This document shows, piece by piece, positions 35,131 to 47,600 of a stretch of DNA of 64,000 bases. The notes under the pieces are model-generated. The model had not been told where the DNA came from, did no database searches, and saw only the letters and a program-made list of their open reading frames with translations. The first letter of the stretch is position 1. Each line of letters opens with the position of its first letter. The stretch is from Chiloscyllium plagiosum (Eukaryota), in assembly GCF_004010195.1 (NCBI RefSeq), contig NC_057728.1, positions 54,507,622-54,571,621 of the forward strand, written 5' to 3'. Position numbers and translations under genes: made by a program.

Positions 35131-36389
35131 CCTCATCGATCAGTCCTACATCCCAGAAATCGGTGTGGCTTATATGTAACTCCAGACCCACTACGTAGTT
35201 GATTTAAGCTCGGGATGAACAATAAATGCCTACACACCAAGAACAAGCCAAATAATTTAAAAACACGCACTAAGTGACAATGGGGTAACTATCTCACTGA
35301 GGGAGGCCATATAGTTCATCCAGTCCATAGTTGCTCTGTGAAAAGCAATTCAGTTTGACTTATCTATCTCACAGCACTGTAGAATTATTTTCCTCAATTG
35401 AGTTTTTTCTACTTAAGTGCAAGTTCGATCCAATTAAAGCTGCCTTTTCTATTCAATGCCAGCTATTCCAGTTGCAAAAAGAGGATATTTTGCTCGTTAA
35501 GATTTATTTTTCTCTGTAGTGGGATTTTCAAGTGGCTCCAGTATATAAGTTAGCATCAAATACAGGTGATGGCTAAAGATCATGAGCAAAGTTACTTTTC
35601 AGAGCAGATCGTAAAAGGCGGCAATGAATCATTTGTGCATCTGTTAGCTCATAAAGAGCGTGCTTCTTAGTAAGATGTACTCCCACATTTATCATACCAG
35701 AATGTGGTTGCTTTGGAAGAGACTTGATGGTAGGAATATACCATAAAATTAGATCTAACACCTTCACTTGTGAAGTGCATCCACAGAGATTTACATATCA
35801 AATTAAATTCTTCGCCTTCCTTTCTCCTTCCAGAAGTAGCATTGACTGTAACTTTAACCAACAAAGAGCACATCAAGTATTCTTATGCTGCATTATGAGT
35901 CAGATGACAGATTCATTTTCCTCCTACTCACATACTGTAATTCTCTCGCTGTCAGAAGTAGGTCTTTTTTTACACAGTGTCTGGAAATAGAACAGTAGCA
36001 TAAGTGAAGTTACAGCAAAACTAATGAATGAATCGTGATTTCCAGAGAACACCAACGCGGAATTTATTTTGTGCAGTACGTGAAGTATTTATTTTTATGC
36101 TAAATGCACATTTAGAAATTCCAATTTTGGGTAATGTCTTTCTTCAGCAGAATGGTACGCCACCAAACAGAGCCCAGAAAATGTAATATGATTTCCCAAG
36201 TATCATCTTCCTTATTAGAGATATATTCAATTCTTATTTAAAAAATATGATGGAAATATTCAACTCGCACTCATGAGCAAGTACTGACACGTTAACCTGT
36301 CTCTTTCCAGTGATGGTGCTCGCCTTGTGGTAGTGATTTTGAATTGAATTGAATTTATTGTCACGTGTACCGAGGTACAGTGAAGACGC

Positions 36390-36690
36390 TGTTGTCGTAG
36401 TAATATCACTGTGTTAGTATTCCAGGACACCCAGGTCAATGCTTGGAGGTCATGAGTTCAAATCCAACCACAGCAGATGGTGAAATGTGGATCTGACAAT
36501 AAATATGGAATTAAAAGCCACCATAATGATGACCATGTGAATGCTGCATTTGGTTCACTAATGCCGTTAAGGAAAGAAAATCTGCTTAAGTTACACATGA
36601 GTCCATGTAAGGCTGTTCATTTCAAGTAGCAATTAGGGGTGGACAATGATGGCAGGCCACATCTGGTGAACACATATGAAAAACATACAA
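36390..36690 (+). mobile_element. tRNA-derived SINE (17300 family), degenerate
   Basis: catgagttcaaatccaaccacagcagatggtgaaat...ggttcactaatgcc...caattaggggtggacaat. Confidence 0.65.
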
Positions 36691-36989
36691 TTCCATGATC
36701 TCAAGATTGCCCAAAGCAGCATATAAGCATGTGCTTTTGAAATGGAGCCAATTTACACTCAGCAAGCTCCCCAAACATCAGAATCAGACATTCCACTTTT
36801 AGGGATATTGTTTGGGGGCTAATTATTGGCCAGGACACCATCAAAACAGGCCTTTCACACCCACCACAGAGTGCAGACTGCACACACATACTGCAGATGC
36901 ACAGCATTTTCTGTTTTCATTTCGTTCACTGGAATTTGCAATGAGCTTGTCTCTTTTTTATCGCTTGGGTAGTTTCAATTCATCATTAA

Positions 36990-37405
36990 CCATTAGTTGT
37001 GGTTCAATGGGTAGCACCCCTTCCTCTGAGTCAGAAACCTGTGAATTCAATGCCCATTCCAGAGAATTGAGCACACTGCCCAGACTGAATCTCCTGTGCA
37101 ACAGTAAGGAAAAGCTGAACTATATGGTACTTCTTCAGTCTTACCAGATGCTAAGTCCAGGCCTCTTCTTCTCCCTCTGTAAAACATCTTCGTTCAACAG
37201 AAGTATCCTGTTGCCTGGCTAAAATTTGTCCCTTGACTGCACTTAACGAACCTGGATTTTCTGATCATTGTCTCATTGCTGCCTATGGGATCTTACTGTG
37301 TGTTAATCAGTTGCTACTTTCATCAGTAATCATGTAAAAAGCTATAAAGTGCCTTTGGACGTTCTGAGGTCATGAACAGCATTGCACACATGCACGTCTT
37401 TCTTT
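36990..37405 (+). mobile_element. DeuSINE/SacSINE1-like SINE
   Basis: tgtggttcaatgggtagcaccccttcctctgagtcagaa...ttggacgttctgaggtcatgaa. Confidence 0.7.
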
Positions 37406-37925
37406 CTTGATGTCAGAGAACTTGAGCTTATTTTCTATAATCTTCTCAATTGCCAATTGTATCCAGTATTATAGGAGGCCAGCATTTCTTCCCTTACATC
37501 GACTAAATAAATCGGCTGAAGGATCACATCAAATGTTGAAGCAAATTGTTGACAAATGCTGGCGAAATGCAAATGGCCCATCAGCACCTGAAAAAAGAAA
37601 CAGACTCGTTCATGTCTTTGATATGGATCCTTCGGCAAAACTGAAAGGTGGCAGAAAAATTGACATTTTAATTGGAAGAAGAAGGGGGTGAAGTCAAAAG
37701 GTAGAGATGCTGGTTCCTATCAATGAGGTAGTTTGGTGAATGTGTGAATGATCCTGTGAGGTGGGCTCTTGTGTTGCTATGCTCATATGTTAGTATTTCC
37801 CTAAGATGTTGGACCCTGTGCTGCTCCGAACACGTTGCTGAGTAGCCTTACCATCACAAGCAGGGTAACAATAAACAATGAGTAACAGTAACCCACAACT
37901 CTGGACTGAGCTTGTTTCAAGACAT

Positions 37926-38121
37926 GAGTAAGCGAAAGTGGGTTCTGCAGATGCTGGAGATTAGAGTCAAGATTAGAGTGGTGCTGGAAAAGTACAGCAG
38001 GTCAGGCAGCATCTGAGGAGCATCCGAGAAGCCATCCTTGATGAAGGGGTTTTGCCCAATCTTCCTGACCCTTGGATGCTGCCTGCCTGCTGTGCTTTTC
38101 CAGCACCATTCTAATCTTGAC
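37926..38121. mobile_element. Fold-back PLE-derived element
   Basis: TSD tcaagacat (37917-37925 / 38122-38130). Arms gtcaagattagagtggtgctggaaaag..ggcagcatc / gatgctgcc..cttttccagcaccattctaatcttgac. Loop has tgatgaaggggttttgccc. Confidence 0.85.
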
Positions 38122-38334
38122 TCAAGACATTAATGCCCCATTGAGACCCGATTTAACAGTAATTAATGGGCTGAATGCTGTGCAACGACTTGGAGGCTTT
38201 TACCTTCTGGTCATTAGTTGCCAATTTCCATCTATTCTTCACATAACAGAGCTGACTGATGTATAGGGACATAAAGTGGAACCTTCTTCTTAATTTTAAA
38301 AGCCTAATAATGAAATGAAAGGGTTCATAAGAAA

Positions 38335-38795
38335 TTTAAAGGATGTTGCCAGGATTGGAGGATTTGAGCTGTAGGGAGAGGCTGAATAGACTGGGGCTAT
38401 TTTCCATGGAGTGTCAAGGCTGAGGGGTGACCTTATTAAGTTTTATAAAATCATGAGAGACATGGATAGGGTGATACCCAAAGTCTTTTTCCCAAGGTAG
38501 GCAAAAGTAGAGGGCATAGGTTTAAGGTGAGAAGGCAAAGATTTAAAAGGGACTTAAAGGGCAACATTTTTACACAGAAGGTGGTGCGTGTATGGAATGA
38601 ACTGCCAGAGGAAGAGGTGGAGGCTGGTACAATTCCAACATTTGAAAGGCATGGATGTGTATACGAACAGGAAGGATTTAGAGGGATATGGGCTAAATGC
38701 TGGCAAATGGGATTAGATTAATTTAGGATGTCTTGTTGGCACAAGTTGGACCGAAAGGTCTGTTTCTGTGCTGTACAACTCTATGACTCTCTGAC
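38335..38795 (+). mobile_element. CR1 3' end
   Basis: ggatgttgccaggattggagg, FKRDLKGNIFTQKVVRVWNELPE, tail ctctatgactct. Confidence 0.88.
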
Positions 38796-39216
38796 AGGTT
38801 AAATAGACTAGCTTTATATTCTTTAGAATACAGAACATTAAGGGGTGATCTGTTGAGGTGTTTAAGATGATTTTAAAATAGGTAAAACTTTTTCCCTGGG
38901 TATATGGAATGAACTGCCAGAGGAAGAGGTGGAGGCTGGTACAATTACAACATTTGAAAGGCATGGATGTGTATACGAACAGGAAGGATTTAGAGGGATA
39001 TGGGCTAAATGCTGGCAAATGGGATTAGATTAATTTAGGATATCTTGTTGGCATGACAAGTTGGACCGAAAGGTCTGTTTCTGTGCTGTACAACTCTATG
39101 ACTCTCTGACAGGTTAAATAGACTAGCTTTATATTCTTTAGAATACAGAACATTAAGGGGTGATCTGTTGAGGTGTTTAAGATGATTTTAAAATAGGCAA
39201 AACTTTTTCCCTGGGT
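38591..39216. repeat. Direct tandem duplication, about 312-bp unit
   Basis: 38591-38901 and 38903-39216 are near-identical and span a CR1 tail plus flank. Confidence 0.92.
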
Positions 39217-39300
39217 GAGTCAGGTTATAATAAATAGGATAACTTTAAAATGAGAGCTGGATCATTCAATGGCAATGCCATTTCTTCACTCAAAGGGTTT

Positions 39301-39618
39301 TAGATTAGATTACATTACATTACTGTGTGGAAACAGGCCCTTCGGCCCAACAAGTCCACGCCGACCCACCGAAGCGCAACCCACCCATACCCGTACATTT
39401 ACCCCTTACCTAACACTACGGACAATTTAGCATGGCCAATTCACCTGACCTGCACATCTTTGGACTGTGGGAGGAAACTGGAGCACCCGGAGGAAACCCA
39501 CGCAGACACGGGGAGAACGTGCAAACTCCACACAGTCAGTCACCTGAGGTGGGAATTGAACCCGGGTCTCTGGCGCTGTGAGGCAGCAGTGCTAACCACT
39601 GTGCCACCGTGCCACCCA
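39301..39618 (-). mobile_element. HE1-type SINE, full length
   Basis: tagattagattac...gtgctaaccactgtgccaccgtgccaccc. Confidence 0.92.
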
Positions 39619-39666
39619 CTGGTTAGGCAAACCTGGAACTCTCCAGGTTGGAGTTGTAACCAGAGA

Positions 39667-39993
39667 GGGTGGCACGGGGGCTCAGTGGTTAGCATGCTGC
39701 CTCACAGCGCCAGGGACCTGGGTTCAATTCCTGCCTCAGGCGACTGTCTGTGTGGAGTGTGCACATTCTCCGCGTGTCAGTGTGCGTTCCCTCCAGGTGC
39801 TCTGGTTTCCTCCCACAATCCAAAGATGTGAGGTCAGGTGACTTGGCCATGCTAAATTGCTCATAGTGATAGGTGCATTAGTCAGGGGTAAATTTAGGCT
39901 AGGGGATTGGGTCTGGGTGAGTTACTCTTCAGAGGGTTAGTGTGGACTTGTTGGGCCGAAGGGCCTGTTTCCATACTGTAGGGAGTCTAATCT
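39667..39993 (+). mobile_element. HE1-type SINE, full length
   Basis: gggtggcacgggggctcagtggttagc...actgtagggagtctaatct. Confidence 0.92.
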
Positions 39994-40420
39994 GAAAAAA
40001 AGAAGGTTAGACACAGATTAGCCTGAATAATGGAACAGGTTCCAGAGTCTGTACCACACTCCTCTTGTTCTCAGAAATTGTGTATGATACTAAGATTTTC
40101 AGCTTGCTGCTTAACCTCTGAGTAAAGGAATACAGTCTGCTCAGGGTTTGGTTAAAATGAGATCCTTCTTTAGCAGGAGTATATTGGCTTTGGAGAGAGA
40201 GAGAGGGGCACGACACACATTCACCAGAACTTTACAAGGGAATTTGACTGTTAAGTAGTAAGGATAGTTTGAGTAAATCTGCATTGCCTTGAGTGTAGAG
40301 AATCTTACAATGTTAAAAGGATTTGATCAGGTAGGTGTTAAGAAACCTTTTCCCCTGCTGGGCAAAACAAGAACGAGTGAACATAATCTTTAACCTAGAG
40401 CTAGGGCATTCAGTAGCAGA

Positions 40421-40533
40421 CTGATGATTAGCAGTTGATTCCTGAAGAAGGGCTTTTGCCCGAAACGTTGATTTTCCTGCTTCCCGGAAGCTACCTGACC
40501 TGATGTGCTTTTCCAGCACCACTCTAATCTAAA
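40421..40533 (+). mobile_element. Short PLE-derived insertion with intact hammerhead core
   Basis: 14-bp TSD cattcagtagcaga (40407-40420 / 40534-40547). CUGAAGA-a-GGGC-uuuu-GCCC-GAAA-C-GUU at 40442-40469. Confidence 0.88.
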
Positions 40534-41122
40534 CATTCAGTAGCAGAGTCAGGAGTTAATGAAAATCTGGTCATCTCACACCAAAAAAAGGCTATGGTTA
40601 TTGCAACACAACTGAAGCTTTCAATAGTTACATATTTTGTTAAAGGACGGTATTGAGGGATATGAAGGTAAGATGGATAAATAGAGGTGAGATCTGAATG
40701 AACCATGATCTAATAGAATGATGGACTATACTCAAGGGGGCTGAATGGTCTTCTCCTGTTTCTAATGCTTTCTATGAACCAAGGCTTGCATTTACATAGG
40801 ACTTCTCCTGACCATCTGATATCTTAAAACACTTTGCCCCAAAACAAATGTAGTAGCTTTTAGAATGTAGGAAAAGCAGCCTCATAGTCCGGGAACCCTG
40901 CACTGCCCGGTTCTACCTCCTTCCCAAGATCCACAAGCCTGACCACCCTGGCCGATGCACAGCAAGCACCCATAAACAGCACTGTGGCAATGATTAGCTA
41001 ATTTGTGTCATGTTGGTTTATTGATCAGGCCTCCAAAGATAACTCCCCTGCTCTTTCTTCACAAACCCTAGGTGTATTTTACATCTAGCTGAGAAGACAG
41101 ATAGTTCAGTTCAACATCTCAT

Positions 41123-41741
41123 CTAGAACATCACAGCGCAGTACAGGCCCTTTGACCCGCGATATTGCGCCAACCTGTGAAACTAATCTGAAACCCATCT
41201 AACCTACACTATTCCATTTTCTTCCGTATGTTTATCCAATGACCATTTAAATGCCTTTAACATTGGTGAGTCTACTCTTGTTGCAGGCAGTACATTCCAT
41301 GCCCCGACTACTACTGAGTAAAGGAACTACCTCTGACATCTGTCCTATATCTATCACCCCTCAATTTAAAGCTATGTCCCGTCATGCTAGCCATCACCAT
41401 CCGAGGAAAAAGGCTCTCACTGTCCACCCTATCTAACCCTCTGATTAACCCTCACAATTAAGTCACCTCTCAACCTTCTCTCTAATGAAAACAACCTCAA
41501 GTCCCTCAGCCATTCCTCATAAGGCCTTTGCTCCATACCAGGCAACATCCTTGTAAATCTCCTCTGAATCCTTTCCAAAACTCCCACATCCTTCCTATAA
41601 TGTGGCAAACAGAACTGTACACAATACTCTAAGTGCGGCTGCACCAAAGTTTTGTACAGCTGCAGCATGACCTCATGGTTCCAAAACTCAATCCCTCTAC
41701 CAATAAAAGCTAACACACCGTATGCCTTCTTAACAACCCTA
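41123..41741 (-). mobile_element. CR1 3' end (duplicated copy)
   Basis: KKAYGVLAFIGRGIEF..HLEYCVQF, with a tail reading agaacat on the + strand. Confidence 0.9.
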
Positions 41742-42344
41742 NNNNNNNNNNNNNNNNNNNNNNNNNNNNNNNNNNNNNNNNNNNNNNNNNNNNNNNNNNN
41801 NNNNNNNNNNNNNNNNNNNNNNNNNNNNNNNNNNNNNNNNNNNNNNNNNNNNNNNNNNNNNNNNNNNNNNNNNNNNNNNNNNNNNNNNNNNNNNNNNNNN
41901 NNNNNNNNNNNNNNNNNNNNNNNNNNNNNNNNNNNNNNNNNNNNNNNNNNNNNNNNNNNNNNNNNNNNNNNNNNNNNNNNNNNNNNNNNNNNNNNNNNNN
42001 NNNNNNNNNNNNNNNNNNNNNNNNNNNNNNNNNNNNNNNNNNNNNNNNNNNNNNNNNNNNNNNNNNNNNNNNNNNNNNNNNNNNNNNNNNNNNNNNNNNN
42101 NNNNNNNNNNNNNNNNNNNNNNNNNNNNNNNNNNNNNNNNNNNNNNNNNNNNNNNNNNNNNNNNNNNNNNNNNNNNNNNNNNNNNNNNNNNNNNNNNNNN
42201 NNNNNNNNNNNNNNNNNNNNNNNNNNNNNNNNNNNNNNNNNNNNNNNNNNNNNNNNNNNNNNNNNNNNNNNNNNNNNNNNNNNNNNNNNNNNNNNNNNNN
42301 NNNNNNNNNNNNNNNNNNNNNNNNNNNNNNNNNNNNNNNNNNNN

Positions 42345-42378
42345 TTCCTGATGAAGGGCTTTTGCCCGAAACGTCGAT
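42345..42378 (+). ncRNA. Minimal hammerhead ribozyme motif
   Basis: CUGAUGA (42348-42354)-a-GGGC-uuuu-GCCC-GAAA-C-GUC. All core residues present. Confidence 0.75.
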
Positions 42379-42616
42379 TTTGCCTGTCCTCGGATGCTGC
42401 CTGAATTGCTGTGCTCTTCCAGCACCACTGATCCAGAGCAGCTAATTTATGCACAGCAAGCACCCATAAACAGCACTGTGGCAATGATTAGCTAATTTGT
42501 GTCATGTTGGTTTATTGATCAGGCCTCCAAAGATAACTCCCCTGCTCTTTCTTCTCAAACCCTAGGTGTATTTTACATCCAGCTGAGAAGACAGATAGTT
42601 CAGTTCAACATCTCAT

Positions 42617-43563
42617 CTAGAACATCGAACATAGAACATTACAGCGCAGTACAGGCCCTTTGACCCGCGATATTGCACCAACCTGTGAAACTAATCTGAA
42701 ACCCATCTAACCTACACTATTCCATTTTCATCCGTATGTTTATCCAATGACCATTTAAAAGCCCTTAACATTGGTGAGTCTACTCTTGTTGCAGGCAGTA
42801 CGTTCCATGCCCCGACTACTACTGAGTAACGGAACTACCTCTGACATCTGTCTTTTATCTATCGCCCCTCAATTTAAATCTATGTCCCGTCATGCTAGCC
42901 ATCACCATCCGAGGAAAAAGGCTCTCACTGTCCACCCTATCTAACCCTCTGATTAACCCTCGCAATTAAGTCACCTCTCAACCTTCTCTCTAATGAAAAC
43001 AACCTCAAGTCCCTCAGCCATTCCTCATAAGGCCTTTGCTCCATACCAGGCAACATCCTTGTAAATCTCCTCTGAATCCTTTCCAAAACTCCCACATCCT
43101 TCCTATAATGTGGCAAACAGAACTGTACACAATACTCTAAGTGCGGCTGCACCAAAGTTTTGTACAGCTGCAGCATGACCTCATGGTTCCGAAACTCAAT
43201 CCCTCTACCAATAAAAGCTAACACACCGTATGCCTTCTTAACAACCCTAAGAACCTGGGTGGCAACTTTCAAGGATCTATGTACCTGCACACCAAGATCT
43301 TCTGTTCATCTACACTACCAAGAATCTTACCATTGGCCCAGTACTCTTTATTCCTGTTGCTCCTTCCAAAGGGAATCACCTCACACTTTTGGCATTAAAT
43401 GCCATTTGCCACCTCTCAGCCCAGCTCTGCAGCTTATCTATGTCCCTCTGTAACCTGCAACATCTTTCAGCACTATCCTCAACTTCACCGACCTTAGTGT
43501 CATCCGCAAATTTACTAATACATCCTTCCAAGCCGTCATCTAGGTCATTTATAAAAATGACAA
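42617..43563 (-). mobile_element. CR1 LINE, 5'-truncated
   Basis: ORFs 43376-43567 (INDLDDG..FADDTK) and 42937-43290. Confidence 0.92.
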
Positions 43564-43564
43564 A

Positions 43565-43730
43565 CATTTTTATGTTTACCAGACAGCATCAATGACAGTA
43601 CAGCACCTCCCTGGTCCTACACAGGATGGACAGCATAGGTATTTGTGCTCAAGTCCTGTGGGGTGGGACTAGAACCCTGAACTTGTGCCTCAGAGTCAAG
43701 AGTATGACCAATTGAGCAAGTCATTGAGTC
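43565..43730 (-). mobile_element. DeuSINE/SacSINE1-like SINE head (tail at 40780-40880 and 42437-42616)
   Basis: gtgctcaagtcctgtggggtgggactagaaccc..cctcagagtcaagagt. Confidence 0.6.
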
Positions 43731-44614
43731 CCATTGACTGAAGTTGGGAAGAAAGAGTAAGTCTTTAAGCGACTTTACTCCTGATGCCTTGCCGATGATG
43801 CCCTCTGAGGAATGGGCTGTGATGACTTCCATGGCTGAAAAGCAGAGTAACAGTTCCTCCAAAGTCCGAAAGGTGATTTCAAGCAGGGTTGCCTCTATTA
43901 GTGTAATTTTATGAATTCTATTGGAAAACACAGCATTAAAATATTTCATGTTTATGAATTATAGCTTTAGAACTTTTTTTCGCAACACACTCGCTAAGAA
44001 TAACTAGGCCTTGGCTACAATGTAACTATCGACCACATCAAGAGCATAATGTAGGCTGGGAATCAACTGACTGATACTTTATAGCAGCAACTTTATAATA
44101 GTCATACAGAGTTACAAAAGGAACAGCTTTGTGTGTGATTCATGCATGAGTATTCAGAAGAAAAGCAACTGGTTTAATCCAGGATGTGACTCTCATTATG
44201 TAGTTTCGGATTAAGGTGCCACCCATTTAAGAGGAAGTTCATTTTTCAATGGGTCATGAATCTGGTAAATTCTATGTTCCAGAGAGCTCTGAAGACTGAG
44301 TCATTGAATGTACTCAGGGTTGATATAGACAGACAGAACTGTGGGGAAGTCAAGAGTTCCTGGGAACAGGTAGGGAGGTTGAAGCCATGATCATTCCGTC
44401 TGGAAATGGCCTACTCCTGCTTGCTTTGTGTCCAGACCAGGGGTCACAGTCAAAAGATAAGAGGTAGGCCATTTCGAACTAAGATGAGGAGAAATCTCTT
44501 CAGCTAGCGAGTGGTGAACCTGTAGAATTCTCTGCCACGGATAGTGGTTGAGGCGAAAACATTGAAGAAAATAATATAGTTCTTAAAGCTAAAGAGATCA
44601 AAGGAGTGAAAGGG

Positions 44615-45211
44615 GATTAGATTCCCTACAGTGTGGAAACAGGCCCTTTGGCCCAACAAGACCACATCAGCCCTCTGAAGAACAACCCACCCAGACCCAT
44701 TCCCTTACATTCACTCCTGACTAATGCACCTAACACTACAGGTAATTTAGCATGGCCAAGTCACCTGACCTGCGCATTAGATATTAGATTAGATTACTTA
44801 CAGTGTGGAAACAGGCCCTAAGGCCCAACAAGTTCACACCGACCCTCCGAAGAGCAACCCACCCAGAACCATTCTCCTACACCTAACACTATGGGCAATT
44901 TAGCATGGCTAATTCACCTAACCTGCACATTAGATTAGATTACTTACAGTGTGGAAACAGGCCCTTCGGCCCAACAAGTTCACACCGACCCTCCGAAGAG
45001 CAACCCACCCAGAACCATTCCCCTACACCTAACACTATGGGCAATTTAGCATGGCTAATTCACCTAACCTGCACATCTTATGGACTGTGGGAGGAAACCG
45101 GAGCACCCGGAGGAAATCCACACAGACACGGGGAGAATGTGCAAACTCCACACAGTCGCACAAGGCGGGAATTGAACCCAGGTCCCTGGCGCTGTGAGGC
45201 CGCAGTGCCAC
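44615..45211 (-). mobile_element. HE1-type SINE with three tandem 3' halves
   Basis: Tail gattagatt..cagtgtggaaacaggccc starts at about 44615, 44784 and 44930. One head at about 45210. Confidence 0.88.
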
Positions 45212-46025
45212 ACCTAATCTGGGGACTGTTTCGGAGGATCAACCATGACATATTGAATGACAGAGCAGGCTCGAGGGGCTGAATGGCCTGTTCCTACTCC
45301 TATTTTCAATATTCCTTATGATCTGTCAAACAGCATATGCAGGGAGGCGAACAATATTTATTCCTTGAACCTTCCTGTGGATGGCATTTTAAAATGTGAG
45401 CAACTTCCGTCTGAGCTAACTGTGTTTGATCGGGATACACCGTACAAACTAATTAAAGCCGTGCACCCTGCAGGGTGACAGTGTGAACTGTCTCTACCAA
45501 GATCTTTCACTGTCTGAAGAGTCTCCAGTTTCCTAGGAAATAGTAACTATTAATAGCAAGCCCTTGGCATTTTCCCCATTCAAGGCAGCAGTGATCGAGC
45601 TGTTTGTGAATGGAGGCAGTCTAGTTGCGGTGCAGATTTTATGCCTCGAGTAAATGCTTTAGTCTTTTTGCTGCACACTGCTAGAGGCTCATTGATACCA
45701 GGAAAGAGCACACGCCATCCAATCATCAGCCCCGTCATGCCCCAGGGATGCTGCAGCCTCATGCATGCTCGAGACTTCATTGATTAAAACAAATCCGCTG
45801 CAAAGGGACTGTCTGGCAAGCAGACGGAGCTTGCTCATCTGTTTGTAACTGCTACCCAGGGTCTGGTTGCATGTGTGCGTGGGACTCAGAAGGAATATTC
45901 AGCTGCTCTCTATTATGTTTGCTCAGCCGGCTGTGCACTGCAAATGTTCAGCCTTGGCTCTTCTCCAGCTTTTGCTTAAATGCTCTTAAAGGGGCACCTT
46001 GCTTTTCTTCAATGATGCCTCATCT

Positions 46026-46922
46026 TGAATTGAATTGAACTGAATTGAATTTATTGTCACGTGTACTGAGGCACAGTGAAAAGCTTTGTAAATACAGGCA
46101 GATCACAGAGTTAAGGAGTATAGGTAAGTAAATGAGAGGTAAACAGCAAAAACATAAACACAGGTACAGGCGAATGCTCAGAGTTTGTGAATCCATTCAG
46201 TATTCTAACAACAGTTGGGTAGAAACTGTTTCAAAACCGGCTGGTGCGTGTATTCAGGCTTCTGTACCTTCTCCACGATGAGGTTGTAGAAAAACATTGC
46301 CAGGGTGGAATGGATCTTTCAGAATGCTGCCGGCCTTTCCTTGACAGTGGGCCTGGAAGATGGATTCTATAGATGGGAGGTTGGCCTTTGTGATTGTCTG
46401 GGCCAAGTTCACCACTGTCTGTAACCACGCTCTGTCCTTGAATGGTACAGTTGCCATACATTCAGACAGAATACTCTTGATGGCGCACCTATAAAACTTG
46501 GCAACGGTATTCACCGTCATGCCAAATTTTCACAGCTGCCTGGGGAAGAAGAGACGTTGTTGGGCCTTTGTAACCAGTGTGTCCACATGAAGAGTCCAAG
46601 AAAGCTAGTTGTGGATGACCACTCCCAGGAGCTTGACACTCTCTACTCGTTCCGCCTCTGTGCTGTTAATGTGTTGGGGGGCAAGAGTAACATCCCGCCG
46701 AAAATGAATAATGAGTTCCTTGGTTTTGCTGGCATTGAGAACTAGGTTGTTCTCAGTGCACCATTTTTCCAGATCTTCCAATTCCCATCTATAGTCTGTT
46801 TTGTCCCATCTGAGATTTGACCAACTATGGTGGTGTCATCAACGAACTTGTAAATGGCATTAGTCTGGTATTTGGCGATGCAGTCATAGGTATACAGTGA
46901 ATACAGAAGGGGGCTGAGTAGG
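46026..46922 (-). mobile_element. Rex1/Babar LINE, 5'-truncated
   Basis: LSPLLYSLYTYDC..YKFVDDTTIVGQI, KFYRCAIKSILS, GSILKDPFHPG, (ttcaa)n tail. Confidence 0.9.
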
Positions 46923-46929
46923 GGTCTTA

Positions 46930-47600
46930 TATCAAAATTCCCCATGATTTCACTCCCCTTCCAACTTTTAACATTTTTCAGAGTCACAGTGGAACCTTTA
47001 AAGAAGAGATGGTTTGAGTGAAATGACAATGTATTCTGACGCAGTAGAAAAGAAAGGTAGCCGAAACCAAAAAAAGATAGCAAATAAAATGAACAAAAAT
47101 AAAGGAAGAGGAGACGGGGGGAGGGGGGGTATGACAGATATCAGTTTGATGATACAAGTGAAAGCCAGGCTGAAAAATAAAATTCAGAGAAGTGAGAAAG
47201 GAACTAATTGGGACAAAAAGCGGGGATGAGAAGAGATTGGCAGCTAACGAAAAAAAAAGAAAGTCTTCTATAGACATATAAATAATAAAAAGGTTGTGAG
47301 GAGGAGTGGGTCTGAAGTGGACCTGAAAGGGATGTGAACATGGAGACAGAAAACATGACTGAGGCACTAAGATCTTGTGGAAGACTCTCGAACTAATGGT
47401 CAATATTGAAAAGTAAGTTTGAAACCGAGATGAGGCAATGGGCCTCTCTGACGGTCATGAGTCTTTGGAGCTCCCTTCCTCAAAAGGCAGTGGAAACAGA
47501 ATCTTTGAATAATTTTAAGGCAGAGGTGGCGAGATTCATATTAAACAAGGGGTAAAAGGTTATCGGAGGTAGGTAGGAATGTGGATTTGAGGTTACAGTC
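46930..47600 (+). mobile_element. Old CR1 fragments
   Basis: gagaagagattggcagctaac..aaagtcttctatagacatataaat (EKRLAAN..KVFYRHIN) and 3' piece cttcctcaaaaggcagtgga. Confidence 0.6.

Larger units (their letters stand above)
40881..42436 (+). mobile_element. Composite PLE-bounded insertion containing duplicated flank
   Basis: 40881-40954 is a PLE RT piece (LIVREPCTARFYLLPKIHKPDHPGR). 40955-41741 copies 42449-43249. Then a gap, and 42345-42436 is a PLE terminus. agcagc at both ends. Confidence 0.65.

Noticed and set aside
41429..42484. Long ORFs spanning N runs (also 56941-57570 and 62291-62983)
   Set aside because: Their length comes from assembly gaps.
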